64,000 bases of DNA, taken from NCBI GenBank assembly GCA_964016885.1, contig OZ024743.1, positions 235,538,001 through 235,602,000 of the forward strand, read 5' to 3'. Source of the stretch: Eledone cirrhosa (taxonomy: Eukaryota). How positions within the stretch are numbered: position 1 is the first letter of the stretch; each line of letters starts with the position of its first letter. A program made the position numbers and the translations under genes. The notes below the pieces were generated by a model. The model was not told the DNA's origin, searched no databases, and saw nothing but the letters and a program-made list of their open reading frames with translations. Shown in pieces: positions 24,850 through 37,300 of this stretch.

Positions 24850-26067
24850 GTTCGTCTACAGCGTGATAATGCCACACAAAAATCACGTGGAGTGACGAAA
24901 CCACCGGAGGCGATAAATTCACCGGTGGTTATGTAACCATACATTCGCCAATCCTCGATAAGAGTGTTTAAATGTCGAACCTAAAGAGTTCGAATAACGG
25001 TGAAATGGAGACTAGAATGTCATGTGACAGACTCTCACCCAACAGGTGCTCCCTGGCTCAGCAGCAGGGACCTGGCTGTCAACCAAATACTGCTGATGTT
25101 GGAGGAAGGAGAAGAAAGAAAGGGTCCAGAACCAACTGGACGAAAGAATTGAATAGAACTGTTATGCAATGTTATCTGAAGAGTAACCCCAAGGAGAAAG
25201 GCTATAGGAAACGGATGCATAACATCTGGAACGAGATTGGTCTATTTAAATTAGATGAACAAAAATTGGCCGGGCAGTCTCGGGTAATAAGAACTAATGG
25301 GTGGATAAGCGAGCTGGAACTGGAGGAACTGAGCAGAGAGATTAGCTTGGAGATGGAGAGTGGAGTATGCCAGGCAAACGAGCCAGTGGGAAATGAAGGT
25401 GAAGAGGTCGAGAGAACGGAGGAACCACCCGAAGCAGACAATGATCTGAATGCTGAGATAAATAATACCTGGAACAGAGATACAGCCACTGAGGAGATGA
25501 ATGCTGACGGGCTAGGACAAGATTTGGTTGATATCCTAAACTTAGTGGTAGATGAATTGAACAATGATAGTGGGAGACCTACGAACCTAAGATTTGTAGA
25601 CAGGAAAAAGTTAAAAGAAACAACAGCTAAGGTAAACAAAGTCATCCCATACCTTGAGGCGAGGAGCCTTCACCAGTGCAACAATATCCTCAAAGCAGCA
25701 GCAAATGCGGTGAGGAAACTACTTGGTATAAAAGCGAGAGGAAACAACAGACAAGAAAGAGCAGAGCCTTGGTGGAAGAAACGACTGAGTGGTCAAATCA
25801 GGGAAATGAGAAATGACATTGGAAAGCTTGAGTCCCTACTGAATGGGACACTAAAAAACATAGACACTAAAAATAGACTGGAAATAAAGTACAAAACTAG
25901 GAGGAAAAAGCTAAATATTATCATAGAGGAACTGAAGCAACGCATTGTAGCAAAGAGTGCAAAACCCTCCGATACGTTCTGAATGTCTGAGGCTGCAGGT
26001 AGCGGCTTGATATTCATTTCAACAAACTTTCCAGTTAAATAACCTGAATGACTGAGACTCAAAGAAC
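24850..26067 (+). mobile_element. Internally deleted R4/Dong-like element (5' region + ORF N-terminus fused to extreme 3' end); 5' boundary uncertain
   Basis: ORF 24972-25982 has the N-terminal motifs typical of this group (WTKELNRTVMQCY, GYRKRMHNIW, EQKLAGQSRVIRTNGWISELELEEL, PWWKKRL); from ~25964 it matches the last ~110 bp of the 8721-10147 element. Confidence 0.8.
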
Positions 26068-26276
26068 AATAATGATTTCTTCTTTAGGCACAAGGCCAGC
26101 AATTTGTAGGTGAGTGGAAAGTCGATTAAATCGACTCCAGTGCGTACTTTATTTTATCTGTAAGGATGAAAGACAAAGCTAACCTCGACCGGATTTGAAC
26201 TCAGAGCGTAAAGGGCCCTAACTCTATGCTGCAAAGAATTATCCGACGCTCTACTGATACAGCCAATCCACCGCCC
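26068..26276 (-). mobile_element. tRNA-derived SINE
   Basis: Minus strand: gggcggtggattggctgtatcagtagag ... gagttcaaatcc ... tctttcatccttac ... ggccttgtgcctaaagaagaaatcattatt. Confidence 0.85.
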
Positions 26277-26300
26277 TCTATAATAATCATAATAATGATG

Positions 26301-26766
26301 ATGGAAAACAAGCAGGTGACGGCGTTATGGGATTTCAGGATACAGACTGATAAAGAATAAGAACACAATAGGCCTGACTTGGTGGATTTCGACAAAGAAA
26401 AAAAGACGTTGCTTGATTATAGATGTAGCTTGCCCCTTCGACACAAGTGTACAGGAAAAGGAGAGGAAAAAATTAACCGGTACCAGGACCTGAAGTGGGA
26501 ACTGAAAAGGATTTGAAACAGTCATGAGATCAAGGTCATCTCATTGTTATGGGAGCACTGGGTACTATCTCGAAGAGTTTCCAAGGCTGACTAAAGACCA
26601 TCAGCCCACCACACTGTTTTGGAACACTTCAAAATACATTCCTACATGGAACCGCAAGGACCCTCCGATACGTCCTGAATATCTGTGGCTGCAGGCAGCA
26701 GCTTAATATTCATTAGGGGAATTATTCCAGTTGAATAACATCAATGACTTAGACATCAAGTAAAAA
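26301..26766 (+). mobile_element. 3' fragment of R4/Dong-like RLE LINE
   Basis: Homologous to 9690-10147 (WDFRIQTDK, HNRPDLV, INRYQDLKW; same 3' UTR), flanked by TAA tracts. Confidence 0.85.
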
Positions 26767-26782
26767 ATAATAATAATGATAA

Positions 26783-27535
26783 TTTGTTTATTGGCCATTA
26801 GGGCCGAAACATAAAGGACCATATAAAAAAATGGATGGAAGGGATTTACATGAAACGTGTAAAACCAGGAAAACAGGAAATAATTAACGATAAACAAATA
26901 ACAATAAAATTCCCCCAATAGTGTGGAGTACCGCCTAGGGGTAACTTAGGAATCCCACAGATCCTAAACCACTGTAATCACCCAGAGCACCATAGGAAGT
27001 GGGGGTTCTCATCTTTAAACACTCCATCCAACATGGTCAGACAAGGTCCAATCCCTTGGGCTATCCTCGCTACGTTCCACCACTTTTTAACAAATGTACT
27101 CGGGGCAGTGTTTCCCTATCTCACTCTCCTTTCCAAGTAGAACTTGGAAATGTTGATGAGAGCCTGGCCGGAAAGGGAAGTGTCTGTCTTCAGTCGCTTC
27201 TCCACACACTCTCTTTCACCACCAGACAGAGGAGAACTGTTTGCCCTTCCCAGCCAAAAGAAGGCGGTGGGGTGATCGTCACGATAGAGTCGGTCAGTAG
27301 CCAGATCTGCTCTACACAGGAGAACAGTTGTTTGACAAAACTGAACACATCAGCAATACCTGGACAGTGGAGGAGTGCGTGCAGAAGAGTCTCGCCACTA
27401 TGTGAACATCTCGGGCAGATACGTCTGACAGCACTTCTGTGTCTGTAGAGTTTGGCTCGACCTAGCAGTGCTTCCCAGTAGCACTGCTAGGGCAGGGCCT
27501 TCTGGAAACTGTTCATAGTCCCCGAACGGAGAAGG
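26783..27535 (-). mobile_element. 3' fragment of a divergent Tx1-like LINE subfamily
   Basis: Minus strand encodes GTMNSFQKALP..KLYRH..CPRC..ETLLHALLHCPGIAD; 3' end ccctaatggccaataaacaaattatcattatt. Confidence 0.8.
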
Positions 27536-27635
27536 AGATAAAGAAAGAGTGGATGGATTGAAGGGGGACAAGCAGGAAGGGCAGGAGGGAGTGAGGAACG
27601 AAGGAAGAAAGAAAAAGGATGGAAGGAAGTAGAAC

Positions 27636-27666
<31 letters not shown>

Positions 27667-28100
27667 AAAGGGGAAAAGAAGTGTAGAAGAAAGACAGGAA
27701 GTGAGGGAGTAGAGGAGGAATGAGAGATGGAAGGAAGAACAGAAAGAAAGAAAAGAGGAAAAGAAGTGTAGAGGAAGACAGGAAGTGAGGGAGTAGGGGT
27801 GGGAGGAAGTGAGGAAGGGGGAAGGGGATAAACAAATGAAGGAAGGAAAGAAAGAAAAAAGAAGCGAGGAAGAAATAAAGAAAGAAAGCAAGGAAAAAGG
27901 AGGAAAAGAATTGTGAAAGAAAGACAAGAAGGAATAAAAGAAAGACTTCAGGGTGATTGAGAAAATATTTGCTAGGAAAGGAAGGAGAAAAAAAGATAAA
28001 AGAAGGAAACTAACAAAAACTATTGGGGGGGGGGGGGGGTATGAAGGAATAAGAAAATACTGAAGGAGAATAAAAGGTAAAAAGATAGAAAAAGGAAAAA
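27536..28100. repeat. Purine-rich low-complexity tract ((GAAA)n/(GGAA)n-like)
   Basis: Directly visible. Confidence 0.8.
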
Positions 28101-28244
28101 ATATTTAGTGAAAGATATTGTAAAAGAGATTTGTTTAGATTGACTTAACTATAGATGAAAGAATATTAGTGAAATATCGATCTAAAACTGATATTTTGTA
28201 ATATAGAAAGTGGTGATTGTTGGAGAATATTGAATAACTATGGA

Positions 28245-28410
28245 GGAATTATAGAAAGATGGTTTTATACTTGAATTATAGAAAGACGGTATTATACTGA
28301 ATTATAGAAAGATGGTTTTATACTTGAATTATAGAAAGATGGTTTTATACTTGAATTATAGAAAGATGGTTTTATACTTAAATTATAGAAAGATAGTTTT
28401 ATACTTGAAA
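28245..28410. repeat. 27-bp tandem repeat (gaattatagaaagatggttttatactt), ~6 copies
   Basis: Directly visible. Confidence 0.9.
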
Positions 28411-28520
28411 CTAGTTTCGCTAGAGACAATATAGCGACAAGGATTATTGCAAGAATGTCTTAGTTCACAAAGAATTTATAATAAAATACATCATGCAAGC
28501 TTACTTAAACATATTGTGCT

Positions 28521-28551
<31 letters not shown>

Positions 28552-28587
28552 ATATATATAAGATACAAATACGACTAAGAAATATGC

Positions 28588-29282
28588 TTGGTTATTTGGA
28601 AGTCTGACAATGCGTGTTTGGTAAAAATAGGGAGGTAGTAAGAAAGTAGAGGGAGAAAAGAAGAGAGGGAAGAAAAGTGAGGACAATAGAGAGTTACCTA
28701 AGTAATTTTTAATGATCCAAAATATTTTCGGATTTTTCATCCATTATCAAGGAGAGTCGGGGGAGGGTGGACCTCAGAGAGATAACTGAGAAATGTCGCG
28801 GGCAGCTGTTTGATTTAATTTATTCCTTATTGGCTTTGAGTGGTTAGATAGCAGACAAAATATGTTTCTGACCAAACTACGCCCACACACTTTTGCTTCT
28901 TTATCCCTTTAAAATGTGTTCTTCACTACACATACACACTTACACCCGTGCACACATGCACACATGTATCATACACATACTCACACCCGTTCTCCTTACA
29001 CACATGCGCAAACAACATTCAATTTTAACATTTTTTATTCAAATTAAATTGAACAGCTGCCCACGATATTACTCAAGTTTTTCTCTGAGGGTGTCCCACC
29101 ACACCCCGCACGGACTTCCCTGGATGAGAAATCCGAAAATATTTGGGATCATTAAACATTGCTAAGGTAAATATCTACTGTCTTCGCCATTTCACTTCAG
29201 TTCACTCTCTTCTTTTTATTCCTCTTTTTTATTACCTTGACAGTTTTACCAAACACGCATTGTCGGGCTTCCAAATAACCAA
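28588..29282. repeat. Diverged long inverted repeat (arms ~28588-28821 and ~29041-29282) containing degenerate hammerhead motifs
   Basis: ttggttatttggaagtctgacaatgcgtgtttggtaaaa is mirrored by ttttaccaaacacgcattgtcgggcttccaaataaccaa; gggcagctgtttgatttaattt is mirrored by aaattaaattgaacagctgccc. Confidence 0.85.
28716..28754 (-). ncRNA. Degenerate minimal hammerhead ribozyme motif (U3-A8 core)
   Basis: Minus strand tcc-TTGATAA-t-ggat-gaaaa-atcc-GAAA-atat-tt-tgga; the mirror copy at 29117-29148 lacks the core heptamer. Confidence 0.5.
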
Positions 29283-29614
29283 ACTTGTGTATAATCCCCA
29301 CCCCGAGGTCTAAATCCGACCCTGAATAAAGCTATCTGTATATAAACATCTACACATATCTACTCAACCAGTTAATAATTCTCCTAGTCATTTGAACTAT
29401 TTTAGTTTAACTTCTACTCAAATGCAACATGGGATTTAGCATAAGACAACAGCCCCACAGACATTCATTCTAATTAGTATTTACATCTATTTAAATCAGT
29501 AATTCCCAGTCTATCTAGGCATTAAAATTGCAGCTCCAGTAATTGTAAATCGTTTTTTGTTTTCAATTATATCTAAAAACAACCTGAAATTGAGAAGAAA
29601 ATTCGAAGTCCGCC

Positions 29615-29907
29615 TATTTTGGAGTAACGTTACTCGATTAAGTGCATAGTTCAGTGATGAGAAAGTCATTCAAGGTAGAGCTGCTACTTCTCCGAATTGA
29701 GAGATCACAGCTCCGGTACTATGGACATGTGGTTAGAATGTCTCAAGAAAGAATCGCTGGGCAGATTTTATGGTCAAAACCAACCAGCAGGAGACCCAGG
29801 GGTAAACCCATGAGCTTGGCTGGTCTCACTTAGGGATCCAGACGTATCTGTTGGAGAAAGGTTCAATGGAAGGAGTGTCTGAGGACTCTGACCCCACGAC
29901 CCTCACA
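29615..29907 (+). mobile_element. RTE-clade LINE 3' fragment
   Basis: Encodes IERSQLRYYGHVVRM...RRPRGKP, the characteristic RTE ORF C-terminus; followed by (GAA)n. Confidence 0.75.
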
Positions 29908-29996
29908 AGAAGAAGAAGAAGAAGAAGAAGAAGAAGAAGAAGAAGAAGAAGAAGAAGAAGAAGAAGAAGAAGAAGAAGAAGAAGAAGAAGAAGAAG
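29908..29996. repeat. (GAA)n microsatellite
   Basis: Directly visible. Confidence 0.95.
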
Positions 29997-30383
29997 GTAC
30001 TAAGTTGATTTCCTCCTACAATTTTGTATTTTATAACCTATAAAAGTCTCATTAATTTATCATTCCTATTCTGTGCGCCTGTTCCTGATTAGCTGATCAT
30101 AACAGAAATGATGTAGTTCAGGGGTTGGTTTAAAATTTCTTCTTTAATCAAAACAGGATGGAGGTAAATTTAGTTTAGAAAAGTGATTATGGAGTAAACG
30201 GGACAAAAAACAAAATGGCTGCCAAGCGCTCATTTAAACCTGGCTACGTTACATGGCTTTTATTGTTTTGCAAGGGAGAGAATCGAATGATTTATTTCGT
30301 TCTCTTTACTTTTCTATCTTTTCTTCTTAGTAACCTAACACATTATGTATGTTCCTCGAAACTAAATATATTGAAAATATATG

Positions 30384-30484
<101 letters not shown>

Positions 30485-30635
30485 CACAAGCCGAATCAAA
30501 TTGGTACCGCTGTCGGGATATTACCTATCTCTATACCCACTCTACATTTCCACATGCATTAAGTACTCCCATGGTCTCTCCTGTCTCTCTCTACCTCTCT
30601 ATCTCTTTCTATCTTTATGTCATTACCACACCAGA

Positions 30636-30720
30636 GGTCCGACGAGCTTTTGATTCCGGAATCGGGCCAGATCGATACAGATCGAACCTTGAGCTGATCA
30701 ATAGCGAAACGCGCGTCACC
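30636..30720 (+). ncRNA. Hammerhead-like motif (Penelope-type remnant), core CCGACGA
   Basis: ggt-CCGACGA-gcttttgatt...gatcaatagc-GAAA-cgcgcg-TC-acc, then AATAAA at 30725. Confidence 0.6.
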
Positions 30721-30773
30721 AACCAATAAACGTAATGAAGACAATAAATCGTCCTTTTATAATTATATATATT

Positions 30774-30804
<31 letters not shown>

Positions 30805-31307
30805 ACATATTTGTGTGTGTGTGTAATTGTGTGTTTATGAGTGTGTGTGCACGTGTGTATGTCTGTATGCCTGTGTGTGTGTGTGGGCGTGCTTATGCAG
30901 ATTGTGCAAGTGGGATTAACTGGTTTTAGTTTAGTTAGGATTGTAGAGATAAGGAATATTCAAGGGAGAGAAGTCATATTGAATTATATTTCTCAGTCTT
31001 AATACAAGATGTCTCACGCTTCACTTAACACAAATCCAGCCTCGGCCATATTCTCTAAGATAATCCACTATAAGACCTCTCCATACATGTGTGTACCCCA
31101 CATGTACACTCAAACTGTGTGTGTTTATATGTGTGTGTGTATGTGAGTGTGTGTGTGCGTGTGTGTGAGTATGTGTGTGCGTGTGTACATCAATCTAAAA
31201 AACAATCTTAGTTATTAAATGTTTCATTATTGGCAGTGCCACAGCATGGCATCAGCCTCTCGGCTGGAACACATGATAGTGTAATAGAGTAATATTACTC
31301 CAGTTCG

Positions 31308-34300
31308 ATATCATAGAATATTACACCCACTCAATAGATATCATAGAATATTACCCTCCACACTCAATAGATATTTTAGAATATTACCCCCACACTCAAT
31401 AGATATCATAGAATATTACCCCCACACTCAATAGATATTATAGAATATTACCCCCACACTCAATAGATATTATAGAATATTACCCCCACACTCAATAGAT
31501 ATCATAGAATATTACCCCCACACTCAATAGATATTATAGAATATTACCCCCACACTCAATAGATATTATAGAATATTACCCCCACACTCAATAGATATCA
31601 TAGAATATTACCCCCACACTCAATAGATATCATAGAATATTACCCTCCACACTCAATAGATATTATAGAATATTACCCCCACACTCAATAGATACTGTAG
31701 AATATTACCCCCACACTCAATAGATATCATAGAATATTACCCCCACACAGTCAATAGATATCATAGAGTATTACCCTTACACTCAATAGATATCATAGAA
31801 TATTACCCCACACTCAATAGATATATAATATTACCCTCCACACTCAATAGATATTATATAATATTACCCCCACACTCAATAGATATTATAGAATATTACC
31901 CCCACACTCAATAGATATCATAGAATATTACCCCCACACTCATTAGATATTATAGAATATTACCCCACACTCAATAGATATCATAGAATATTACCCCCAC
32001 ACTCAATAGATATCATAGAATATTACCCCCACACTCAATAGATATCATAGAATATTACCCTCCACACTCAATAGAAATCATAGAATATTACCCCCACACT
32101 CAATAGATATTATAGAATATTACCCCCACACTCAATAGATATCATAGAATATTACCCCCACACTCATTAGATATTATAGAATATTACCCCCACACTCAAT
32201 AGATATCATAGAATATTACCCCCACACTCAATAGATATCATAGAATATTACCCCCACACTCAATAGATATCATAGAATATTACCCTCCACACTCAATAGA
32301 TATTATAGAATATTACGCCCACACTCAATAGATATTATAGAATATTACCCCCACACTCAATAGATATCATAGAATATTACCCCCACACTCAATAGATATC
32401 ATAGAATATTACCCCCACACTCATTAGATATTATAGAATATTACCCCACACTCAATAGATATCATAGAATATTACCCCCACACTCAATAGATATCATAGA
32501 ATATTACCCCAACACTCATTAGATATTATAGAATATTACCCCCACACTCAATAGATATCATAGAATATTACCCCCACACTCATTAGATATTATAGAATAT
32601 TACCCTCACACTCAATAGATATCATAGAATATTACCCCCACACTCAATAGATATTATAGAATATTACCCCCACACTCAATAGATATTATAAAATATTACC
32701 CCCACACTCAATAGATATTATAGAATATTACCCCCACACTCAATAGATATAATAGAATATTACCCCCACACTCAATAGATATCATAGAATATTACCCTCC
32801 ACACTCAATAGATATCATAGAATATTACCCCCACACTAAATAGATATTATAGAATATTACCCCCACACTCAATAGATATCATAGAATATTACCACCACAC
32901 TCAATAGATATCATAGAATATTACCCCCACACTCAATAGATATCATAGAATATTACCCCCACACTCATTAGATATTATAGAATATTACCCCCACACTCAA
33001 TAGATATCATAGAATATTACCCCCACACTCAATAGATATTATAGAATATTACCCCCACACTCAATAGATATCATAGAATATTACCCTCCACACTCAATAG
33101 ATATCATAGAATATTACCCCCACACTCATTAGATATTATAGAATATTACCCCCACACTCAATAGATATCATAGAATATTACCCCCGCACTCAATAGATAT
33201 TATAGAATATTACCCCCACACTCAATAGATATCATAGAATATTACCCCCACACTCAATAGATATCATAGAATATTACCCTCCACACTCAATAGCTATTAT
33301 AGAATATTACCCCCACACTCAATAGATATTATAGAATATTACCCCCACACTCAATAGATATCATAGAATATTACCCCCACACTCATTAGATATTATAGAA
33401 TATTACCCCCACATTCAATAGATATTATAGAATATTTCCCCCACACTCAATAGATATTATAGAATATTACCTCCACACTCAATAGATATCATAGAATATT
33501 ACCCCCACAGTCATTAGATATTGTAGGATATTACCCCCACACTCAATAGATATCATAGAATATTACCCCCACACTCAATAGATATCATAGAATATTACCC
33601 CCACACTCAATAGATACCGTAGAATATTACCCCCAAACTCAATAGATATCGTAGAATAATACCCCCACACTCAATAGATACTGTAGAATATTACCCTCAC
33701 ACTCAATAGATATCATAGAATATTACCCTTACACTCAATAGATACTGTAGAATATTACCCCCACACTCAATAGATATCATAGAACATTACCCCCACACTC
33801 AATAGATATCATAGAATATTACCCCCACACTCAATAGATACTGTAGAATATTACCCCCACACTCAATAGATATCATAGAACATTACCGGCACACTCAATA
33901 GATATCATAGAATATTACCCCAACACTCAATAGATATCATAGAATATTACCCCCACACTCAATAGATACTGTAGAATATTAGCCCCACACTCAATAGATA
34001 TCATAGAACATTACCCCCACACTCAATAGATATCATAGAATATTACCCCCACACTCAATAGATATCATAGAATATTACCCCACACAGTCAATAGATATCA
34101 TAGAATATTACCCTTACACTCAATAGATACTGTAGAATATTACCCCCACACTCAATAGATATCATAGAACATTACCCCACACTCAATAGATATCATCGAA
34201 TATTACCCCCACACTCAATAGATATCATAGGATATTACCCCCACACTCAATAGATATCATAGAATATTACCCCACATAGTCAATAGATATCATAGAATAC

Positions 34301-37300
34301 TCAATAGATACTGTAGAATATTACCCCCACACTCAATAGATATCATAGAACATTACCCCCACACTCAATAGATATCATAGAATATTACCCCAACACTCAA
34401 TAGATATCATAGAATATTACCCCCACACTCAATAGATATCATAGAATATTACCCCCACACTCAATAGATACCGTAGAATATTACCCCCACACTCAATAGA
34501 TATTATAGAATATTACCCCCACACTCAATAGATATCATAGAATATTACCCCAACACTCAATAGATATCATAGAATATTACCCCCACACTCAATAGATATC
34601 ATAGAATATTACCCCTACACTCAATAGATATCATAGAACATTACCCCCACACTCAATAGATATCATAGAATATTACCCCCACACTCAATAGATATCATAG
34701 AACATTACCCCCACACTCAATAGATATCATAGAATATTACCCCAACACTCAATAGATATCATAGAATATTACCCCACACAGTCAATAGATATCATAGAAT
34801 ATTACCCCCACACTCAATAGATATCATAGAATATTACCCCCACACTCAATAGATATCATAGAATATTACCCCCACACTCAATAGATATCATAGAATATTA
34901 CCCCTACACTCAATAGATATAATAGAATATTACCCTCACACTCAATAGATATTGTAGAATATTACCCCCACACTCAATAGATATTATAGAATATTACCCC
35001 CACACTCAATAGATTTTATAGAATATTACCCCCACACTCAATAGATATCATAGAATATTACCCTCACACTCAATAGATATTGTAGAATATTACCCCCACA
35101 CTCAATAGATATTATAGAATATTACCCCCACACTTAATAGATATTATAGAATATTACCCCCACACTCAATAGATATCATAGAATATTACCCCTACACTCA
35201 ATAGATACTGTAGAATATTACCCTCCACACTCAATAGATATTATAGAATATTACCCCCACACTCAATAGATATTATAGAATATTACCCCCACACTCAATA
35301 GATATCATAGAATATTACCCCCCACACTCAATAGATATCATAGAATATTACCCCCACACTCAATAGATATTATAGAATATTACCCCCACACTCAATAGAT
35401 ACCGTAGAATATTACCCCTACACTCAATAGATACTGTAGAATATTACCCCCACACTCAATAGATACTGTAGAATATTACCCTCCACACTCAATAGATATT
35501 ATAGAATATTACCCCCACACTCAATAGATATCAGAATATTACCCTCACACTTAATAGATGTCATAGAATATTACTCCCACACTCAATAGATATTATAGAA
35601 TATTACCCCCACACTCAATAGATATCATAGAATATTACCCTCACACTCAATAGATATCATAAAACATTACCCCCACACTCAATAGATATTATAGAATATT
35701 ACCCCCACACTTAATAGATATTATAGAATATTACCCCCACACTCAATAGATATCATAGAATATTACCCCCACACTCAATAGATATCATAGAATATTACCC
35801 CTACACTCAATAGATACTGTAGAATATTACCCCCCACACTCAATAGATATCATAGAACATTACCCGCACACTCAATAGATATCATAGAACATTACCCCAC
35901 ACTCAATAGATATCATAGAATATTACCCCCACACTCAATAGATATCATAGAACATTACCCCCACACTCAATAGATATCATAGAATATTACCCCAACACTC
36001 AATAGATATCATAGAATATTACCCCACACAGTCAATAGATATCACAGAATATTACCCCCACACTCAATAGATATCATAGAATATTACCCCCACACTCAAT
36101 AGATATTATAGAATATTACCCCCACACTCAATAGATATCATAGAATATTACCCCCACACTCAATAGATATCATAGAACATTACCCCCACACTCAATAGAT
36201 ATCATAGAATATTACCCCCACACTCAATAGATATCATAGAATATTACCCCCACACTCAATAGATATTATAGAATATTACCCCCACACTCAATAGATATCA
36301 TAGAACATTACCCCCACACTCAATAGATATCATAGAATATTACCCCCACACTCAATAGATATCATAGAATATTACCCCACACAGTCAATAGATATCATAG
36401 AATATTACCCCCACACTCAATAGATATCATAGAATATTACCCCCACACTCAATAGATATCATAGAATATTACCCCCACTCTCAAGAGATATTATAGAATA
36501 TTACCCCCACACTCAATAGATATTATAGAATATTACCCCCACACTCAATAGATATTATAGAATATTACCCCCACACTCAATAGATATCATAGAATATTAC
36601 CCTCACACTCAATAGATATTATAGAATATTACCCCCACACTTAATAGATATTATAGAATATTACCCCCACACTCAATAGATATCATAGAATATTACCCCT
36701 ACACTCAATAGATAATGTAGAATATTACCCCCACACTCAATAGATATTATAGAATATTACCCCCACACTCAATAGATATTATAGAATATTACCCCCACAC
36801 TCAATAGATATCATAGAATATTACCCCCCACACTCAATAGATATCATAGAATATTACGCCCACACTCAATAGATACTGTAGAATATTACCCCTACACTCA
36901 ATAGATACTGTAGAATATTACCCCCACACTCAATAGATACTGTAGAATATTACCCTCCACACTCAATAGATATTATAGAATATTACCCCCACACTCAATA
37001 GATATCAGAATATTACCCTCACACTCAATAGATATCATAGAATATTACCCCCACACTCAATAGATATTATAGAATATTACCCCCACACTCAATAGATATC
37101 ATAGAATATTACCCTCACACTCAATAGATATCATAGAATATTACCCCCACACTCAATAGATAATATAGAATATTACCCCCACACTTAATAGATATTATAG
37201 AATATTACCCCACACTCAATAGATATCATAGAATATTACCCCCACACTCAATAGATATGATAGAATATTACCCCTACACTCAATAGATACTGTAGAATAT

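Noticed and set aside
24893-24950. GAAA-stem-GUU-stem as a type II hammerhead
   Set aside because: No CUGAnGA or UUGAnAA core follows the atgta/tacat stem.
30084-30112. ctgattagctg...cagaaa hammerhead-like string
   Set aside because: Core and GAAA junction both defective, and no helix I or III.
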